Of a stretch of DNA of 64,000 nucleotides, positions 8,976-18,977 are shown piece by piece. The stretch spans positions 224,001-288,000 of the forward strand of contig CBDESZ010000016.1 of the NCBI GenBank assembly GCA_965242725.1, in the 5' to 3' direction. The DNA comes from Alkalispirochaeta sp. Lineage in GTDB: Bacteria; Spirochaetota; Spirochaetia; DSM-27196; Alkalispirochaetaceae. Under the pieces are notes generated by a model that searched no databases, was not told where the DNA came from, and worked only from the letters and a program-made list of their open reading frames with translations. Every line of letters starts with the position of its first letter. The first letter of the stretch is position 1. A program made the translations under genes and the position numbers.

Positions 8976-10117
8976 GTTCCTCCCGGGGAGCGCTTCAGGA
9001 TCTCGTCAATGAAGGAATCGAAGTGATGGATCAGGGGATCCAGTACGGGCAGCCCCGTCTCGTCACGGAGACGTCGGCACTCCTCGTCGATCTCTTCAGG
9101 CTTCATATCCTCGTGGTTGATCGTGACTGCAACCACGGGAACGTCGGAAATGAGTTCCACCGCGCGGATTTGACGCTCCAGCGGGTGAATCGGCGTTCCC
9201 GGGATTCCGTCGTAGTCGCGGCGGCGCGGTACATGCTGCATGATGACGCCGTGGGGTCTGCCGGCGGCAAGTATTTCAAATCCGCCCGGATAGATCGGAT
9301 TCATGAGGCTCCCCTGCCCTTCGATGACCATCATCTGCGGCCGCTCCGCGTCCCACGCGCTGAGTATCGCATGTTCAATCTCTCCGGCGACAAAGTCGTT
9401 GATCAGCGCGTCCATGATCACGCCGTAGCGGGCGCCCTGCATCCACGCCGTCTGTCCGGTACCGATCATCGCCGCCGTCATGCCCAGCCGTTCCAGCGCT
9501 TCCACCAGTTTCCATGCGGTTGTCCGTTTGCCCGCAGATGAGTCTGTTCCGAGGACGGCGATGCGTCGGGACGCAACCTCCCGGATACGTCCGGTGAAGG
9601 GATGGAGGTCCCGGCGCGGGGGCGTTTTGCGGACATCGCGGATGGCGGCACCGCTGCGTGCTGCGGCCTCCCGCATTTCCGTATCCTCCGAGAGAAAGGT
9701 ATGCATACCGCAGTCCACATTGAGTCCACGCTTCAGGGCGTGAAGAAGGTCCCGACGCATTTCGTCGTCCAGCTTTCCGCCGTCCGGAGCGATACCGAAT
9801 ACAAGATGGGTTATCTCCGTACCGAGTTGCCGCGCTTTTTCGACGGCGTCGTCTATTGTTGCATAGATTGTGATACCCGACTTGTTTTGGTCGAGAACGT
9901 CTCCGGCATCCCGTCCCGCGTATCGACCGTCGACGACGCCGAAAACATTGTAGCGCCGGGTGAATCGAACGAGACCGTGGGCCGTCTTTCCCCATAACGT
10001 ATTGAAATACCCCTGGCAGTAGACGAGGGCGTTCCCGTCCCGCCTGTCCGTGTCTGCCGTGACCTGTTGCTTCTCCACCGGAAACCTCACTTTCTGTCTG
10101 GTCGTATTGTGCATCAT
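8972..10117 (-). CDS. DUF1611 family P-loop protein (DgcN-like)
   Basis: GKTAHGLVR, GTDSSAGKRTT, GTGQT and EGQGSL motifs. 4-bp overlap with the epimerase gene. Confidence 0.85.
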   Translation of the reverse strand: MMHNTTRQKVRFPVEKQQVTADTDRRDGNALVYCQGYFNTLWGKTAHGLVRFTRRYNVFGVVDGRYAGRDAGDVLDQNKSGITIYATIDDAVEKARQLGTEITHLVFGIAPDGGKLDDEMRRDLLHALKRGLNVDCGMHTFLSEDTEMREAAARSGAAIRDVRKTPPRRDLHPFTGRIREVASRRIAVLGTDSSAGKRTTAWKLVEALERLGMTAAMIGTGQTAWMQGARYGVIMDALINDFVAGEIEHAILSAWDAERPQMMVIEGQGSLMNPIYPGGFEILAAGRPHGVIMQHVPRRRDYDGIPGTPIHPLERQIRAVELISDVPVVAVTINHEDMKPEEIDEECRRLRDETGLPVLDPLIHHFDSFIDEILKRSPGGT

Positions 10118-10194
10118 ACACCGTTACCATGTAATTTTGTCTTGCAGTAATACTTTTCATTGTGGATATCTCCATTACGGTGTAGCATCAGTTC

Positions 10195-10710
10195 ATGAAA
10201 AATAGTTTCCTGCCCTCTTTTATGGTTATTTCAGTCATATTTACGACTCTTGTGCTGGTTGCCGGATGCGCCCAAACGGAGACCGAGGAGATGTCTGAGG
10301 CGGAAATCGTCGAGCTTCTCTCCCAGGTCGTCGCCGGTGAAGAAGCCATTGAGGAGGCGGGGCAGCGCTACTTTCTCGGGCTATCCAATGAAAACAACAA
10401 CATCATCGCTCCAGCGGCTCTGCATGAGCGCCTGACCAACGGAGAACCCATTACGGTGGTGGACATACGGCGGGCCCAGGACTATGCACAGGGCCATATT
10501 CAGGGAGCTCGAAATATCTGGTGGTTTGACGTGGGGCACCATCTGGCAGAATTGCCGCTGGACCAGCGCATTCTCGTTACCTGCTACAGCGGTCAGGCGG
10601 CGGGCCAGGTTGTCGGTGTTTTACGTACCATGGGATATGAGGCGGTCTCCCTCGCGGGCGGCATGAATAACGGCTGGTACGCCTCGGAACTCCCGGTGGT
10701 GACGGACTGA
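10195..10710 (+). CDS. Rhodanese-domain lipoprotein
   Basis: Lipobox LVAG-C, VVDIRR..DY..GHI.GA, active-site loop CYSGQA and LAGGM..W. Confidence 0.85.
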   Translation: MKNSFLPSFMVISVIFTTLVLVAGCAQTETEEMSEAEIVELLSQVVAGEEAIEEAGQRYFLGLSNENNNIIAPAALHERLTNGEPITVVDIRRAQDYAQGHIQGARNIWWFDVGHHLAELPLDQRILVTCYSGQAAGQVVGVLRTMGYEAVSLAGGMNNGWYASELPVVTD

Positions 10711-10714
10711 TACC

Positions 10715-12610
10715 ATGAGAAGCATACGTTTCCAGCTCATTTCCGCGTTTTTAAGTATTGTCCTGCTTATCATCGTCATTGCAGGGGCGGGATTTTGGGG
10801 TATAGATTCGCTTTCCCGCGGCGTAGACCGTATCGATGGAAACAACAACCGGATTCTCACCTATCGCGACGCGACAAACATGGTCGATGATGTGCAGAGT
10901 AATATCCAGAGCCTTATAGAAAACCGCAATCAGGTCGGCCTGCAGGAGTTTTCCCGCCTGAAAGAGACGTTTGCCGAGAACGGCGACCTGGACCGTCGGG
11001 GACTGCCCGCGGTTCAGCAGGTTCTTGTCTATGTTATCAGTGACGGCATCGAGAGTTACATAGCCACCTTTGAGGACCAATTCCTTCCGGTCCTTGAAGA
11101 GCGACAGCTTCTCCTGTCCCGTTCTGTTGAGCAAACCCTCCGCAACGCCGCTTCCGGGGGAGCGACCGATGACGGAACGTCCATGAATGCGGAGTACTAT
11201 CACATCGGCCTGCAGCAGACGGCACGACAACTGGAAATGACCCACACGACGATCTCCCGGGCGGGAAGCACCCTCAACGGGCTTCTCACCGATGAGATCT
11301 ACCAGGTTACCGCGAGGAGCGATGATGTGGGCGACAGACTCCGCAGCGTCCTCCTGATCGCCTCTCTCGTCGCGGTTGCGGTGAGCGTGGTTCTTTCACT
11401 CCTCTACAGCAACCGTTTTACCGGTGCCGTTCAGTCGATCTTTCACGCCATGAAGGACGTTTCCGGCGGAAACCTGACGATCCGTCTGGAGACGAAGTAT
11501 CGCGACGAGATCGGTGCGCTGGGCCGGAGTTTCAACGACTTCCTGGTGAACCTCTCGGGCATTGTCGCGAGCACACGAACGAGTGCCGTGGAAACACTGA
11601 CCGGTACCGACCGGCTCCTGAAGGCGATGACCGTCACGGGAAAATCCGCTGAGGAAATCACCGCTCTTTCCGCACAAGTTGAAGAGGTGATCTCCCGGCA
11701 GGGAGAAATTGTTACCACCGTCTCCTCCAACATGGAGGAAATTGCCCGGACGATTGAGGAGCAGGACGCCAATATCGCCACCCAGTCGGAGACGGTGGAG
11801 CGGAGTAACCGGTCTATTTCTGCGCTGATTGACAGTATTCAGGAGACCGCCGCCAATCTGGGTACGGGCGCGATAGAGTCCGATCACCTGCAACAGGTGA
11901 CTTCGACGGGCAGCGCGCGCCTTGATGAGCTCAAGGAAACTGTTCATACCCTGAGCCAGCGTTCCGAGGCGATCATTGAGGCCAACTCGACGATCAAACA
12001 GATAGCGTCCCAGACGGACCTGCTGGCGATGAACGCCGCAATAGAAGCAGCCCACGCGGGCGAGGCGGGCCGCGGCTTTTCCGTCGTGGCCGAGGAGATA
12101 CGGAAACTTGCGGAGGTCTCCAACGAGCAATCCCGCACCATTTCCGAAAATCTCAATGACGTGAAGGAATCGATAGAGCGCGCCGTCGGCATTTCCGGCG
12201 AGACCGAGGTCTCTTTCGAGCGCATCACCGCATCGGTCGCGAAGGTGAACACCCTCCTCAACGACATCAAGGTGCAGGTGGATGGCCAGTCAAAGAACAG
12301 CGAACAGATACTCGCGTCCCTGGAGGAGATCGGCCGTATCACAGAAAGCGTCAAGACCGGCTCACGGGAGATGCTGGTGAGCGGAAAGGTTGCCATCGAC
12401 GCAATCGGTGGACTCGTCAACATCAGTGCCAGAGTGAGTGATTCCGCCCATTCCGTCTCCGGCGAGGCGACGCGGGTCCGCAAGGATACCGAGGAGTCCC
12501 TCTCTCTGGTGAACTCCATGGTCGCCGTTACCCGCTCACTGAACGAACAGGTTGCGATTTTCCAGATCGAGGATGTCGACACCCTTCAGGCGGTCGGCGA
12601 GGAGGAGTGA
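10715..12610 (+). CDS. Methyl-accepting chemotaxis protein
   Basis: Two TMs, a HAMP domain ([11 protein letters not shown]) and [38 protein letters not shown]. Confidence 0.95.
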   Translation: MRSIRFQLISAFLSIVLLIIVIAGAGFWGIDSLSRGVDRIDGNNNRILTYRDATNMVDDVQSNIQSLIENRNQVGLQEFSRLKETFAENGDLDRRGLPAVQQVLVYVISDGIESYIATFEDQFLPVLEERQLLLSRSVEQTLRNAASGGATDDGTSMNAEYYHIGLQQTARQLEMTHTTISRAGSTLNGLLTDEIYQVTARSDDVGDRLRSVLLIASLVAVAVSVVLSLLYSNRFTGAVQSIFHAMKDVSGGNLTIRLETKYRDEIGALGRSFNDFLVNLSGIVASTRTSAVETLTGTDRLLKAMTVTGKSAEEITALSAQVEEVISRQGEIVTTVSSNMEEIARTIEEQDANIATQSETVERSNRSISALIDSIQETAANLGTGAIESDHLQQVTSTGSARLDELKETVHTLSQRSEAIIEANSTIKQIASQTDLLAMNAAIEAAHAGEAGRGFSVVAEEIRKLAEVSNEQSRTISENLNDVKESIERAVGISGETEVSFERITASVAKVNTLLNDIKVQVDGQSKNSEQILASLEEIGRITESVKTGSREMLVSGKVAIDAIGGLVNISARVSDSAHSVSGEATRVRKDTEESLSLVNSMVAVTRSLNEQVAIFQIEDVDTLQAVGEEE

Positions 12611-12648
12611 CCGGTTTTCCGCCCCGGGCGCTCCGGCCGGGACCCCGG

Positions 12649-13698
12649 TCAGTGTGCCACCGTCTGCATGAAGACATTCTGCATGAAGAAGAGCCCCACA
12701 AAGGTGAGAAGCGCCGCCGCCGTCGGGGTGGCAAACCATCCGATGAGAATGTTCCGCAGCAACCGCATATTGAGGTTCCGTCCACCCTTGGCGAGGCTGA
12801 TGCCCACCACCGATCCCACCGCCGCCTGCGATTGTGAGACGGGAACGAGGGGAAAAGAGGGCAGGCCCATTCCGGTGAGCCACGCCTTGAGCCCCTCCGA
12901 TGCGAAGAGAAAAAGAACCGTTGCAGTAGACGCGATGACGACAAAGGCGGCAACCGGTGAAAGCTTGTACAGACCCGACCCCATCGTCACCATGACGCGC
13001 TCGGAATAGGTGGCGACGCCGACAGAGGCGGCGATTCCGCCGAGGGCGAACAGTTGCTGTGTTCCCGTCACCGTTACGGGTCCGATCGTGAAGGTGGTGA
13101 AAGGGGACGATTCCAGAAAGACACCCACCACATTGGCCATGTTGTTGGCACCCAGGCTGTAGGCGCCGAATATTCCCGCAAGAATGAGGGCAAACCGGGT
13201 GTAGCGGTCCAATCGTATGAGGTGAATTTCCACGTGCTGCAGGACAAATCTGACGACAAAAAAGAGCAGGAACGCCAACAGTCCCCCGAGAATCGGTCCG
13301 TAGACCCACGTTGCCACGATGCGCGTCAGTGCGGTGGGGTCCGTGGCATGGCCGGTAAAGAGATTCCAGCCGATAATGCCCCCGACGATTGCCTGTGTCG
13401 TAGATACGGGCAGACCGCTGCGGGTCATGAACATGACCGTTGCCGCCGCGCTCAGGGAGACGACAAAGGAGCCGGCAAGGGCGTTTACCGCTCCCAGTGC
13501 ACCCAGACCGTGTGCCGTCCCGGAGCCGCTGTAGACGGCGCCCAGGGTGATAAAGACGGCGCAAATCACCGCGGCGGTACGAAAGCGTACCATCTTGGTG
13601 CCCACGGCAGTCCCGAATATATTGGCGGCGTCGTTTGCGCCGAGAGACCACCCCATGTACAGGCCGCTGGATAGAAATATCAGTCCCGCAATTCCCAT
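12649..13698 (-). CDS. Inorganic phosphate transporter, PiT family
   Basis: GANDAAN and GANNMAN signature repeats, plus PVSTTQ and PVSQSQ. Confidence 0.92.
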   Translation of the reverse strand: MGIAGLIFLSSGLYMGWSLGANDAANIFGTAVGTKMVRFRTAAVICAVFITLGAVYSGSGTAHGLGALGAVNALAGSFVVSLSAAATVMFMTRSGLPVSTTQAIVGGIIGWNLFTGHATDPTALTRIVATWVYGPILGGLLAFLLFFVVRFVLQHVEIHLIRLDRYTRFALILAGIFGAYSLGANNMANVVGVFLESSPFTTFTIGPVTVTGTQQLFALGGIAASVGVATYSERVMVTMGSGLYKLSPVAAFVVIASTATVLFLFASEGLKAWLTGMGLPSFPLVPVSQSQAAVGSVVGISLAKGGRNLNMRLLRNILIGWFATPTAAALLTFVGLFFMQNVFMQTVAH

Positions 13699-13714
13699 GT
13701 TCTACTCCGCCGAA

Positions 13715-14386
13715 TCAGATCTGCCGCTTAATGGCATATACCGCGAGGCGGTCGGCGACAGCTTCCGCTTCATCGGCAGTTCGGGATATCTGCTCCGCGA
13801 AATAACGGATATGGACCTTTTTACTGAACTTTTCGATCTCATCGGAGGCGAAGGTCTTCCGCTTCAGGCGCTCTTCAATCTGATCGGCCTGATGTTCCCA
13901 GTAGTAGACTTTGTCGACGTGTTCATTGACGCGGTAGAAATCCTTGAAGAAGGCACGGACCGCCGCGCACACTTCCGTTACCGCCTTGGAACAGGTGGCG
14001 CTGAGTTCCAGAAAATCGTCCTTCACGAAGTCGTATATGTCGGGCTGTTCTATACTGAAGTGTTTTGCCACATCCTTGGCTTCGTCGGTAACGTTGTCCA
14101 GCGTCTCCAGCAGGGCAAGAACGTCACCCCGGGCGTCGGGGATGAGCATATCCGAGTAAAGGCGATGCTTGATTTCCCGCCTCAGATTGTCCGCCTCCTG
14201 CTCCATCGCCTGGATTTCATTGAGCTTGTCCTCAAAGAGTTCTTTCTTGTCTTCGATGTATTTATGTACCGCGTCTTCAAGGAGCAGCACGCTCTGTTCC
14301 ACGATGCTCACATAGCGGTCGATCTTGTTCTCCAGGCTCTTTACCTTGAGACCGAGATGCAGACTTTGTCCACCTTTTGCCCTCAT
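13715..14386 (-). CDS. DUF47/PhoU-like phosphate transport accessory protein
   Basis: Duplicated E..AD motifs (EQEADNLRR, EHQADQIE), located directly upstream of the PiT gene. Confidence 0.88.
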   Translation of the reverse strand: MRAKGGQSLHLGLKVKSLENKIDRYVSIVEQSVLLLEDAVHKYIEDKKELFEDKLNEIQAMEQEADNLRREIKHRLYSDMLIPDARGDVLALLETLDNVTDEAKDVAKHFSIEQPDIYDFVKDDFLELSATCSKAVTEVCAAVRAFFKDFYRVNEHVDKVYYWEHQADQIEERLKRKTFASDEIEKFSKKVHIRYFAEQISRTADEAEAVADRLAVYAIKRQI

Positions 14387-14451
14387 ACCTGATGTTACTC
14401 CGGAATATTTTGATGTATTGGAGACCGAAACGACGTCAAACCGATCGGATC

Positions 14452-14490
14452 CTCACAAAATCCTAACATTTGTTTAACACGGGTGCAACA
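14452..14490 (+). promoter_or_regulatory. Pho-box-like array of four hexamers at 11-bp period
   Basis: CTCACA (14452), CTAACA (14463), TTAACA (14474) and GCAACA (14485), lying between divergent phosphate-uptake operons. Confidence 0.7.
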
Positions 14491-14570
14491 AAATTTCATT
14501 GCGGGGTCCCGAATGCCCATGTTACACTCGTGGACACAATGTTTCTGTGGAAAGAAGGAGGATTTACGGA

Positions 14571-15581
14571 ATGAGAAAATTGATGCTCTTGGTTTTGGTG
14601 TTCCTGGCGGTATCCGGCGTCGTCTTTGCGAGCGGTGCGAGCGAGACGGGAGCGGCGTTGGAACCGATTCCTGCGAGTGAATGTTCGCCGGAAGAACGGG
14701 GCAAGCTGGACGTCTACTACTGTGACAAGAACGGTGACCTCGTCGCCGATCTGCCGGAGGATGAGAAATACTGGCTCGATCCGGAAACCCTCATCTTTGC
14801 ATATACCCCGGTAGAAGATCCCGCGATATACGAAGATATGTGGCAGCCCTTCCTGGACCACCTCTCGGAAGTTACGGGACGGAATGTACGTTTTTTCAGT
14901 GTCGATTCCTATACGGCTCAGGTTGAAGCGATGCGCGCCGGCAGGCTCCATATTGCCGGTATTTCCACCGGACCGACGCCCTTTGCCGTTAACCTGGCCG
15001 GATACGTGCCCATCGCAATCATGGGTGGAGCGGACGGACAGTTTGGATATACCCTGCAGATGTTTGTCCGCGCCGACAGCGACTATTATGAGCTGGAGGA
15101 CCTGAAGGGCAAACGTGTCGCCCACGTCACCCCCACATCCAATTCCGGTCATCAGGCTCCGAGCGCCCTTTTCCCTGAAGAAGGTCTCGTTCCGGGTGAG
15201 GATTATGAACCGGTCTTCTCGGGAAGTCATGAAAACTCCGCCCTCGGAGTGGTGGCCGGCGACTATGACGCCGCCCCCGTTGCGTCGGAAGTGGTCGACC
15301 GCATGGCGGAGCGTGGACTCTATGATCCCGATGAGATCAGGATCATCTTTGAATCCGACTCCTTCCCCACCACCTCCTACGGAATATCCCATCGCCTCCA
15401 TCCCGACCTCCAGGAAAAAATAAGGGAAGCGTTCATGTCCTATGAGTTTGCCGGGACACCCCTTGGAGAAGAGTTCCAGGTCGACGGTTTCATTCCGATT
15501 ACCTACGAGCAGCACTGGAAGGTGATCCGGACGATCCAGGAATACAACGGTGTGGAATATCGTCTCGAGGATATCGACTAA
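14571..15581 (+). CDS. phnD: Phosphate/phosphite/phosphonate ABC transporter substrate-binding protein
   Basis: AGGAGG RBS, FASGASE signal, TSNSGH, GSHE and FPT motifs. First gene of a phnDCEE cassette. Confidence 0.88.
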   Translation: MRKLMLLVLVFLAVSGVVFASGASETGAALEPIPASECSPEERGKLDVYYCDKNGDLVADLPEDEKYWLDPETLIFAYTPVEDPAIYEDMWQPFLDHLSEVTGRNVRFFSVDSYTAQVEAMRAGRLHIAGISTGPTPFAVNLAGYVPIAIMGGADGQFGYTLQMFVRADSDYYELEDLKGKRVAHVTPTSNSGHQAPSALFPEEGLVPGEDYEPVFSGSHENSALGVVAGDYDAAPVASEVVDRMAERGLYDPDEIRIIFESDSFPTTSYGISHRLHPDLQEKIREAFMSYEFAGTPLGEEFQVDGFIPITYEQHWKVIRTIQEYNGVEYRLEDID

Positions 15582-15602
15582 GCTGATTCAACGGACCGAA
15601 TT

Positions 15603-15635
15603 ACACCGGCGTGTACTTTACGCGCCGGTGTTTTT
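15603..15635 (+). terminator. Hairpin plus T-tract between phnD and phnC (partial terminator or mRNA stabiliser)
   Basis: ACACCGGCGTGTA-CTT-TACGCGCCGGTGT-TTTT. Confidence 0.7.
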
Positions 15636-15672
15636 GTGTGCATCCTGCACGTCCAATGTGGAGTAAAACAAC

Positions 15673-16464
15673 ATGCTGAAAATTACCAATCTCGTGAAGA
15701 GCTACGGTCACGGTGAGCCGGTATTGAAAGGTCTGAATCTCACAACCGACAACCGCCGGCTGACGGCAATCATCGGCTCCTCAGGTGCCGGAAAAAGTAC
15801 GTTGCTGCGGTGTATAAACCGTCTGGTACCCGCCAACTCCGGGCACATAGAACTTGACGGAACAGACATCCTCTCCCTTCACGGCAAAGAGCTCCAGCAC
15901 GCCCGTCGCCAGATTGGAATGATCTTTCAGGCCTACAACCTGGTTGACCGGTTGACGGTCATGGAGAATGTTCTGTCCGGCCGCCTCGGCTATGTCGGGT
16001 TTCTCCGCGGCCTCTTTCGCCGGTTTCCCCAGGAGGACGTTGACAGGGCGTATTCTCTTCTGAAACGTGTCGGGTTGTCCCACTACGTGAATAAACGATG
16101 TGACGCCCTCTCGGGAGGTGAGCGTCAGAGAGTCGGATGTGCCCGGGCACTCATGCAGAATCCGCGCATTCTTCTGGCCGACGAGCCGACGGCCTCGCTG
16201 GATCCCAAGACTTCGGAACGCATCATGGAGCTTATCGCGGGAATCACCGATGAGCTCGACCTGCCGGTACTCATTAACCTGCACAACGTCCCCCAGGCAA
16301 AGACCTATGCAGACCGGATCCTTGGATTGCGACACGGCGTGATGGTCTTTGACGGAGAGGCGGACGATCTGACGGAAGACTGGCTGGAGCGGATCTACGC
16401 CGGCCACGAGGATGACCTGAAGAAACAGATGAAAGTCGCCTCGGGAGCGGAAGACGATGAGTGA
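15673..16464 (+). CDS. phnC: Phosphonate-type ABC transporter ATP-binding protein
   Basis: GSSGAGKSTLLRCINRL, NVLSGRLG, LSGGERQRV and DEPTASLDP. Confidence 0.92.
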   Translation: MLKITNLVKSYGHGEPVLKGLNLTTDNRRLTAIIGSSGAGKSTLLRCINRLVPANSGHIELDGTDILSLHGKELQHARRQIGMIFQAYNLVDRLTVMENVLSGRLGYVGFLRGLFRRFPQEDVDRAYSLLKRVGLSHYVNKRCDALSGGERQRVGCARALMQNPRILLADEPTASLDPKTSERIMELIAGITDELDLPVLINLHNVPQAKTYADRILGLRHGVMVFDGEADDLTEDWLERIYAGHEDDLKKQMKVASGAEDDE

Positions 16465-17260
16465 TCCCGCAACTCCTTTTCACTGGCGCCGTCCGCACTT
16501 TATTGAAAATCCCTATGTCCGATACGGGCTGCTGGCGGTTGGACTGGCATACCTCTACTACGCCGTAAGTACCCTGGAGGTAAATCCCCAGCGCATCGCC
16601 GAGGGTATCCCCCGGGCGATCAACATGTTCAAGGGTGCGGTTCCCCCGGATTTCCAGTCCCGGGGCGGTCTCATCATCCAGGGGTTCATTGAGAGCATTC
16701 AGATGACCCTCATCGCCACGGCGGTGGGTGTCCTCTTGAGTATTCCCATTGGCTTTATGGCGGCAAAAAACGTCGTGATCAAGCCGGTGTATGTGATCGG
16801 CCGGATGATTGTCGTCGTTGCCCGCAGTCTGCATCCCGTCGTGCTGGGTGTGCTCTTTGTCGCCGCCGTCGGTTTCGGTGCCTTTGCCGGCATTTTGACG
16901 CTGATTCTCTATACCATCGGGTTTGTGGGAAAGCTTCTCGCCGAGGCGATAGAGGAGATAAAATTCGGGCAGATTGAAGGAGTCCGTTCAACGGGAGCGG
17001 GGTACTTCATCATGCTGGTATATGCGGTTTTCCCCCAGATTCTGCCGCGACTCATCGGGCTTTCCATTTATCAACTGGATATCAACCTCCGGGCGTCGGC
17101 GGTTGTCGGTATTGTCGGAGCAGGTGGAATCGGCAGCACCCTCAACACCGCCTTTGGTCGGTATGACTATGCTACGGCCGCGGCGATACTGATCATCATG
17201 ATCGGCATCATTCTCGTTGCGGAAGGAATCAGCGGACGGCTCCGGAGGTTAACGAAATGA
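16457..17260 (+). CDS. phnE: Phosphonate-type ABC transporter permease
   Basis: GKLLAEAIEEI and DINLRASAVVGIVGAGGIG. Confidence 0.9.
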   Translation: MSDPATPFHWRRPHFIENPYVRYGLLAVGLAYLYYAVSTLEVNPQRIAEGIPRAINMFKGAVPPDFQSRGGLIIQGFIESIQMTLIATAVGVLLSIPIGFMAAKNVVIKPVYVIGRMIVVVARSLHPVVLGVLFVAAVGFGAFAGILTLILYTIGFVGKLLAEAIEEIKFGQIEGVRSTGAGYFIMLVYAVFPQILPRLIGLSIYQLDINLRASAVVGIVGAGGIGSTLNTAFGRYDYATAAAILIIMIGIILVAEGISGRLRRLTK

Positions 17261-18057
17261 CGGCTGCATCGGAAGGTTTCAGGTGGATACGATTCAGCCG
17301 TAAAGAACGTATCATTCGTACGGTAGCGTACTTTGCGGTGGCGGCAATTCTCTATTGGGCGTTGTCCACGGTCGACGTATTCTGGCCGTGGGTGTGGACC
17401 GCGCCGGCGCAGATCAATGACATGCTCTTTCGCATGTTCCCTCCGTCACTGGCCTCATTGAATGGAATTCTGCGGGCTCTTCTTGAAACGGTGAATATCG
17501 CCGTCCTCGGTACGATCGTGGCGGTGATCCTTGCCCTGCCGGTCGCCTATCTTGGAGCGCAGACGGTGACGCCGAACAAGGGAACCCTCTGGTTTGCCCG
17601 GGTCATTATCGTCGGCAGCAGGTCGGTGGACACGCTCATCTGGGCGCTCATTTTTGTCGCCATCATCGGTCCCGGACCGTTGGCGGGCGTCCTGGCAGTG
17701 GGATTTCGATCGATCGGATTCCTGAGTAAGCTCATCGCCGAGGCGATAGAGGAAATCGACTGGGGCCCCGTGGAAGCGATGCAGGCGGCGGGAGCGTCAA
17801 AGGCGCATGTCGTCGTCTACGGAATTGTTCCCCAGATTGTGCCCTCCTTCTGGGCGATAACGATCCTGCGATGGGATATCAATATCAGGGAATCCACCGT
17901 TCTGGGACTGGTCGGAGCCGGCGGTATCGGTCTGCTCTTTCAGAGTGCCATTGATACATTCCGCTGGAACACGGTCTCCCTCGTCCTGATCGTCATTGTG
18001 CTTGTCGTGCTTGCGGGTGAGGTGGTCACCGGCCTGGTGCGGAAGAAGCTGCTGTAA
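17257..18057 (+). CDS. phnE: Phosphonate-type ABC transporter permease (second copy)
   Basis: SKLIAEAIEEI and WDINIRESTVLGLVGAGGIG. Confidence 0.9.
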   Translation: MTAASEGFRWIRFSRKERIIRTVAYFAVAAILYWALSTVDVFWPWVWTAPAQINDMLFRMFPPSLASLNGILRALLETVNIAVLGTIVAVILALPVAYLGAQTVTPNKGTLWFARVIIVGSRSVDTLIWALIFVAIIGPGPLAGVLAVGFRSIGFLSKLIAEAIEEIDWGPVEAMQAAGASKAHVVVYGIVPQIVPSFWAITILRWDINIRESTVLGLVGAGGIGLLFQSAIDTFRWNTVSLVLIVIVLVVLAGEVVTGLVRKKLL

Positions 18058-18219
18058 CACGCCGCAGTACCTGCGGGCGTCCGCCGGCGAATGAGGCAGA
18101 ATTGTCCGGTCGGCGGGCGGTGACGGGACTCCGATTTCTTTGTTCGGACGGCGGGCGAAAACTCGCCGCTCCGGAAAGAAAATAGTAGTAAATAACTCAT
18201 AATACGGTATACTGATACG

Positions 18220-18951
18220 GTGAAATCCGTACTGTATGCTGCGGTATTGATGGCCGTCGTCCTTCCCGTTGCAGTCGCCGTTGATTCCTTCGGGGACGCG
18301 GCGGAATATGCGGGTGCGCCGGTTTCATCAGAACACCTGTCGTCCGATACGTCCTTCGATGACGACGCCGGAACCATCACCTTCCAGGATACGCTGCTGC
18401 TCACCCTCCCTCATGTCGCGGTAAATACCGTTCCCGGATTCGGTCTCGGATCTCTCGCCCAGGGTGACGGAAGGGGATTCCGGAACGCTCTGTACTTTGA
18501 CCTTCTGGCGTGGTCACTCCTTGGTTTCGGGATCTCCACCCTGAATCTCGATGCAGACGGTCCCCTTGCCGGACCGGCAATTCTGTCCCTCTTTGCGGGG
18601 TACGGGGCATATGGTGTGAGCCGGGTATACGGCGCTGTACGGCCCGTATCATATGCAAACGACGCCGGCATCGACCGGAACAACCTCTTTTCGCCCGTCT
18701 TTTACAATCAGGTCCCCGGCTTTGGTGCGGGGTCGTACATTCAGGGCGATCAGTGGGGCGGCAGTGTCGGGACCATTCTGGATTTTACCGCCTTTGTCCT
18801 TGTGGGCGTCCTGTCGGGGGCGGCTCTCGGCGGAGAAATCGCCGTATCCCAGGCCGCGGGAGTCGGCGCCCTTGCCGGCTTCGCGGCCGCACGCATCTGG
18901 GGAGTTGTGCGGCCTATACGCTACCGAGACGAGACGATCCTCTTTCCCTGA
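18220..18951 (+). CDS. Membrane protein with two tandem Borrelia P13-like repeats
   Basis: Signal peptide. Repeat 1: NTVPGFGLGSLAQGD...SRVYGAVRPVSY. Repeat 2: NQVPGFGAGSYIQGD...ARIWGVVRPIRY. Confidence 0.6.
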   Translation: MKSVLYAAVLMAVVLPVAVAVDSFGDAAEYAGAPVSSEHLSSDTSFDDDAGTITFQDTLLLTLPHVAVNTVPGFGLGSLAQGDGRGFRNALYFDLLAWSLLGFGISTLNLDADGPLAGPAILSLFAGYGAYGVSRVYGAVRPVSYANDAGIDRNNLFSPVFYNQVPGFGAGSYIQGDQWGGSVGTILDFTAFVLVGVLSGAALGGEIAVSQAAGVGALAGFAAARIWGVVRPIRYRDETILFP

Positions 18952-18977
18952 CGGCGTCCTACGGAGCCGGCGGATCG

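Noticed and set aside
18058..18219. GGCAGA-stem-GACG and GC hairpins resembling a c-di-GMP-I riboswitch
   Set aside because: No GNRA tetraloop or receptor and no GCAAA continuation; more likely terminator-like hairpins after phnE.
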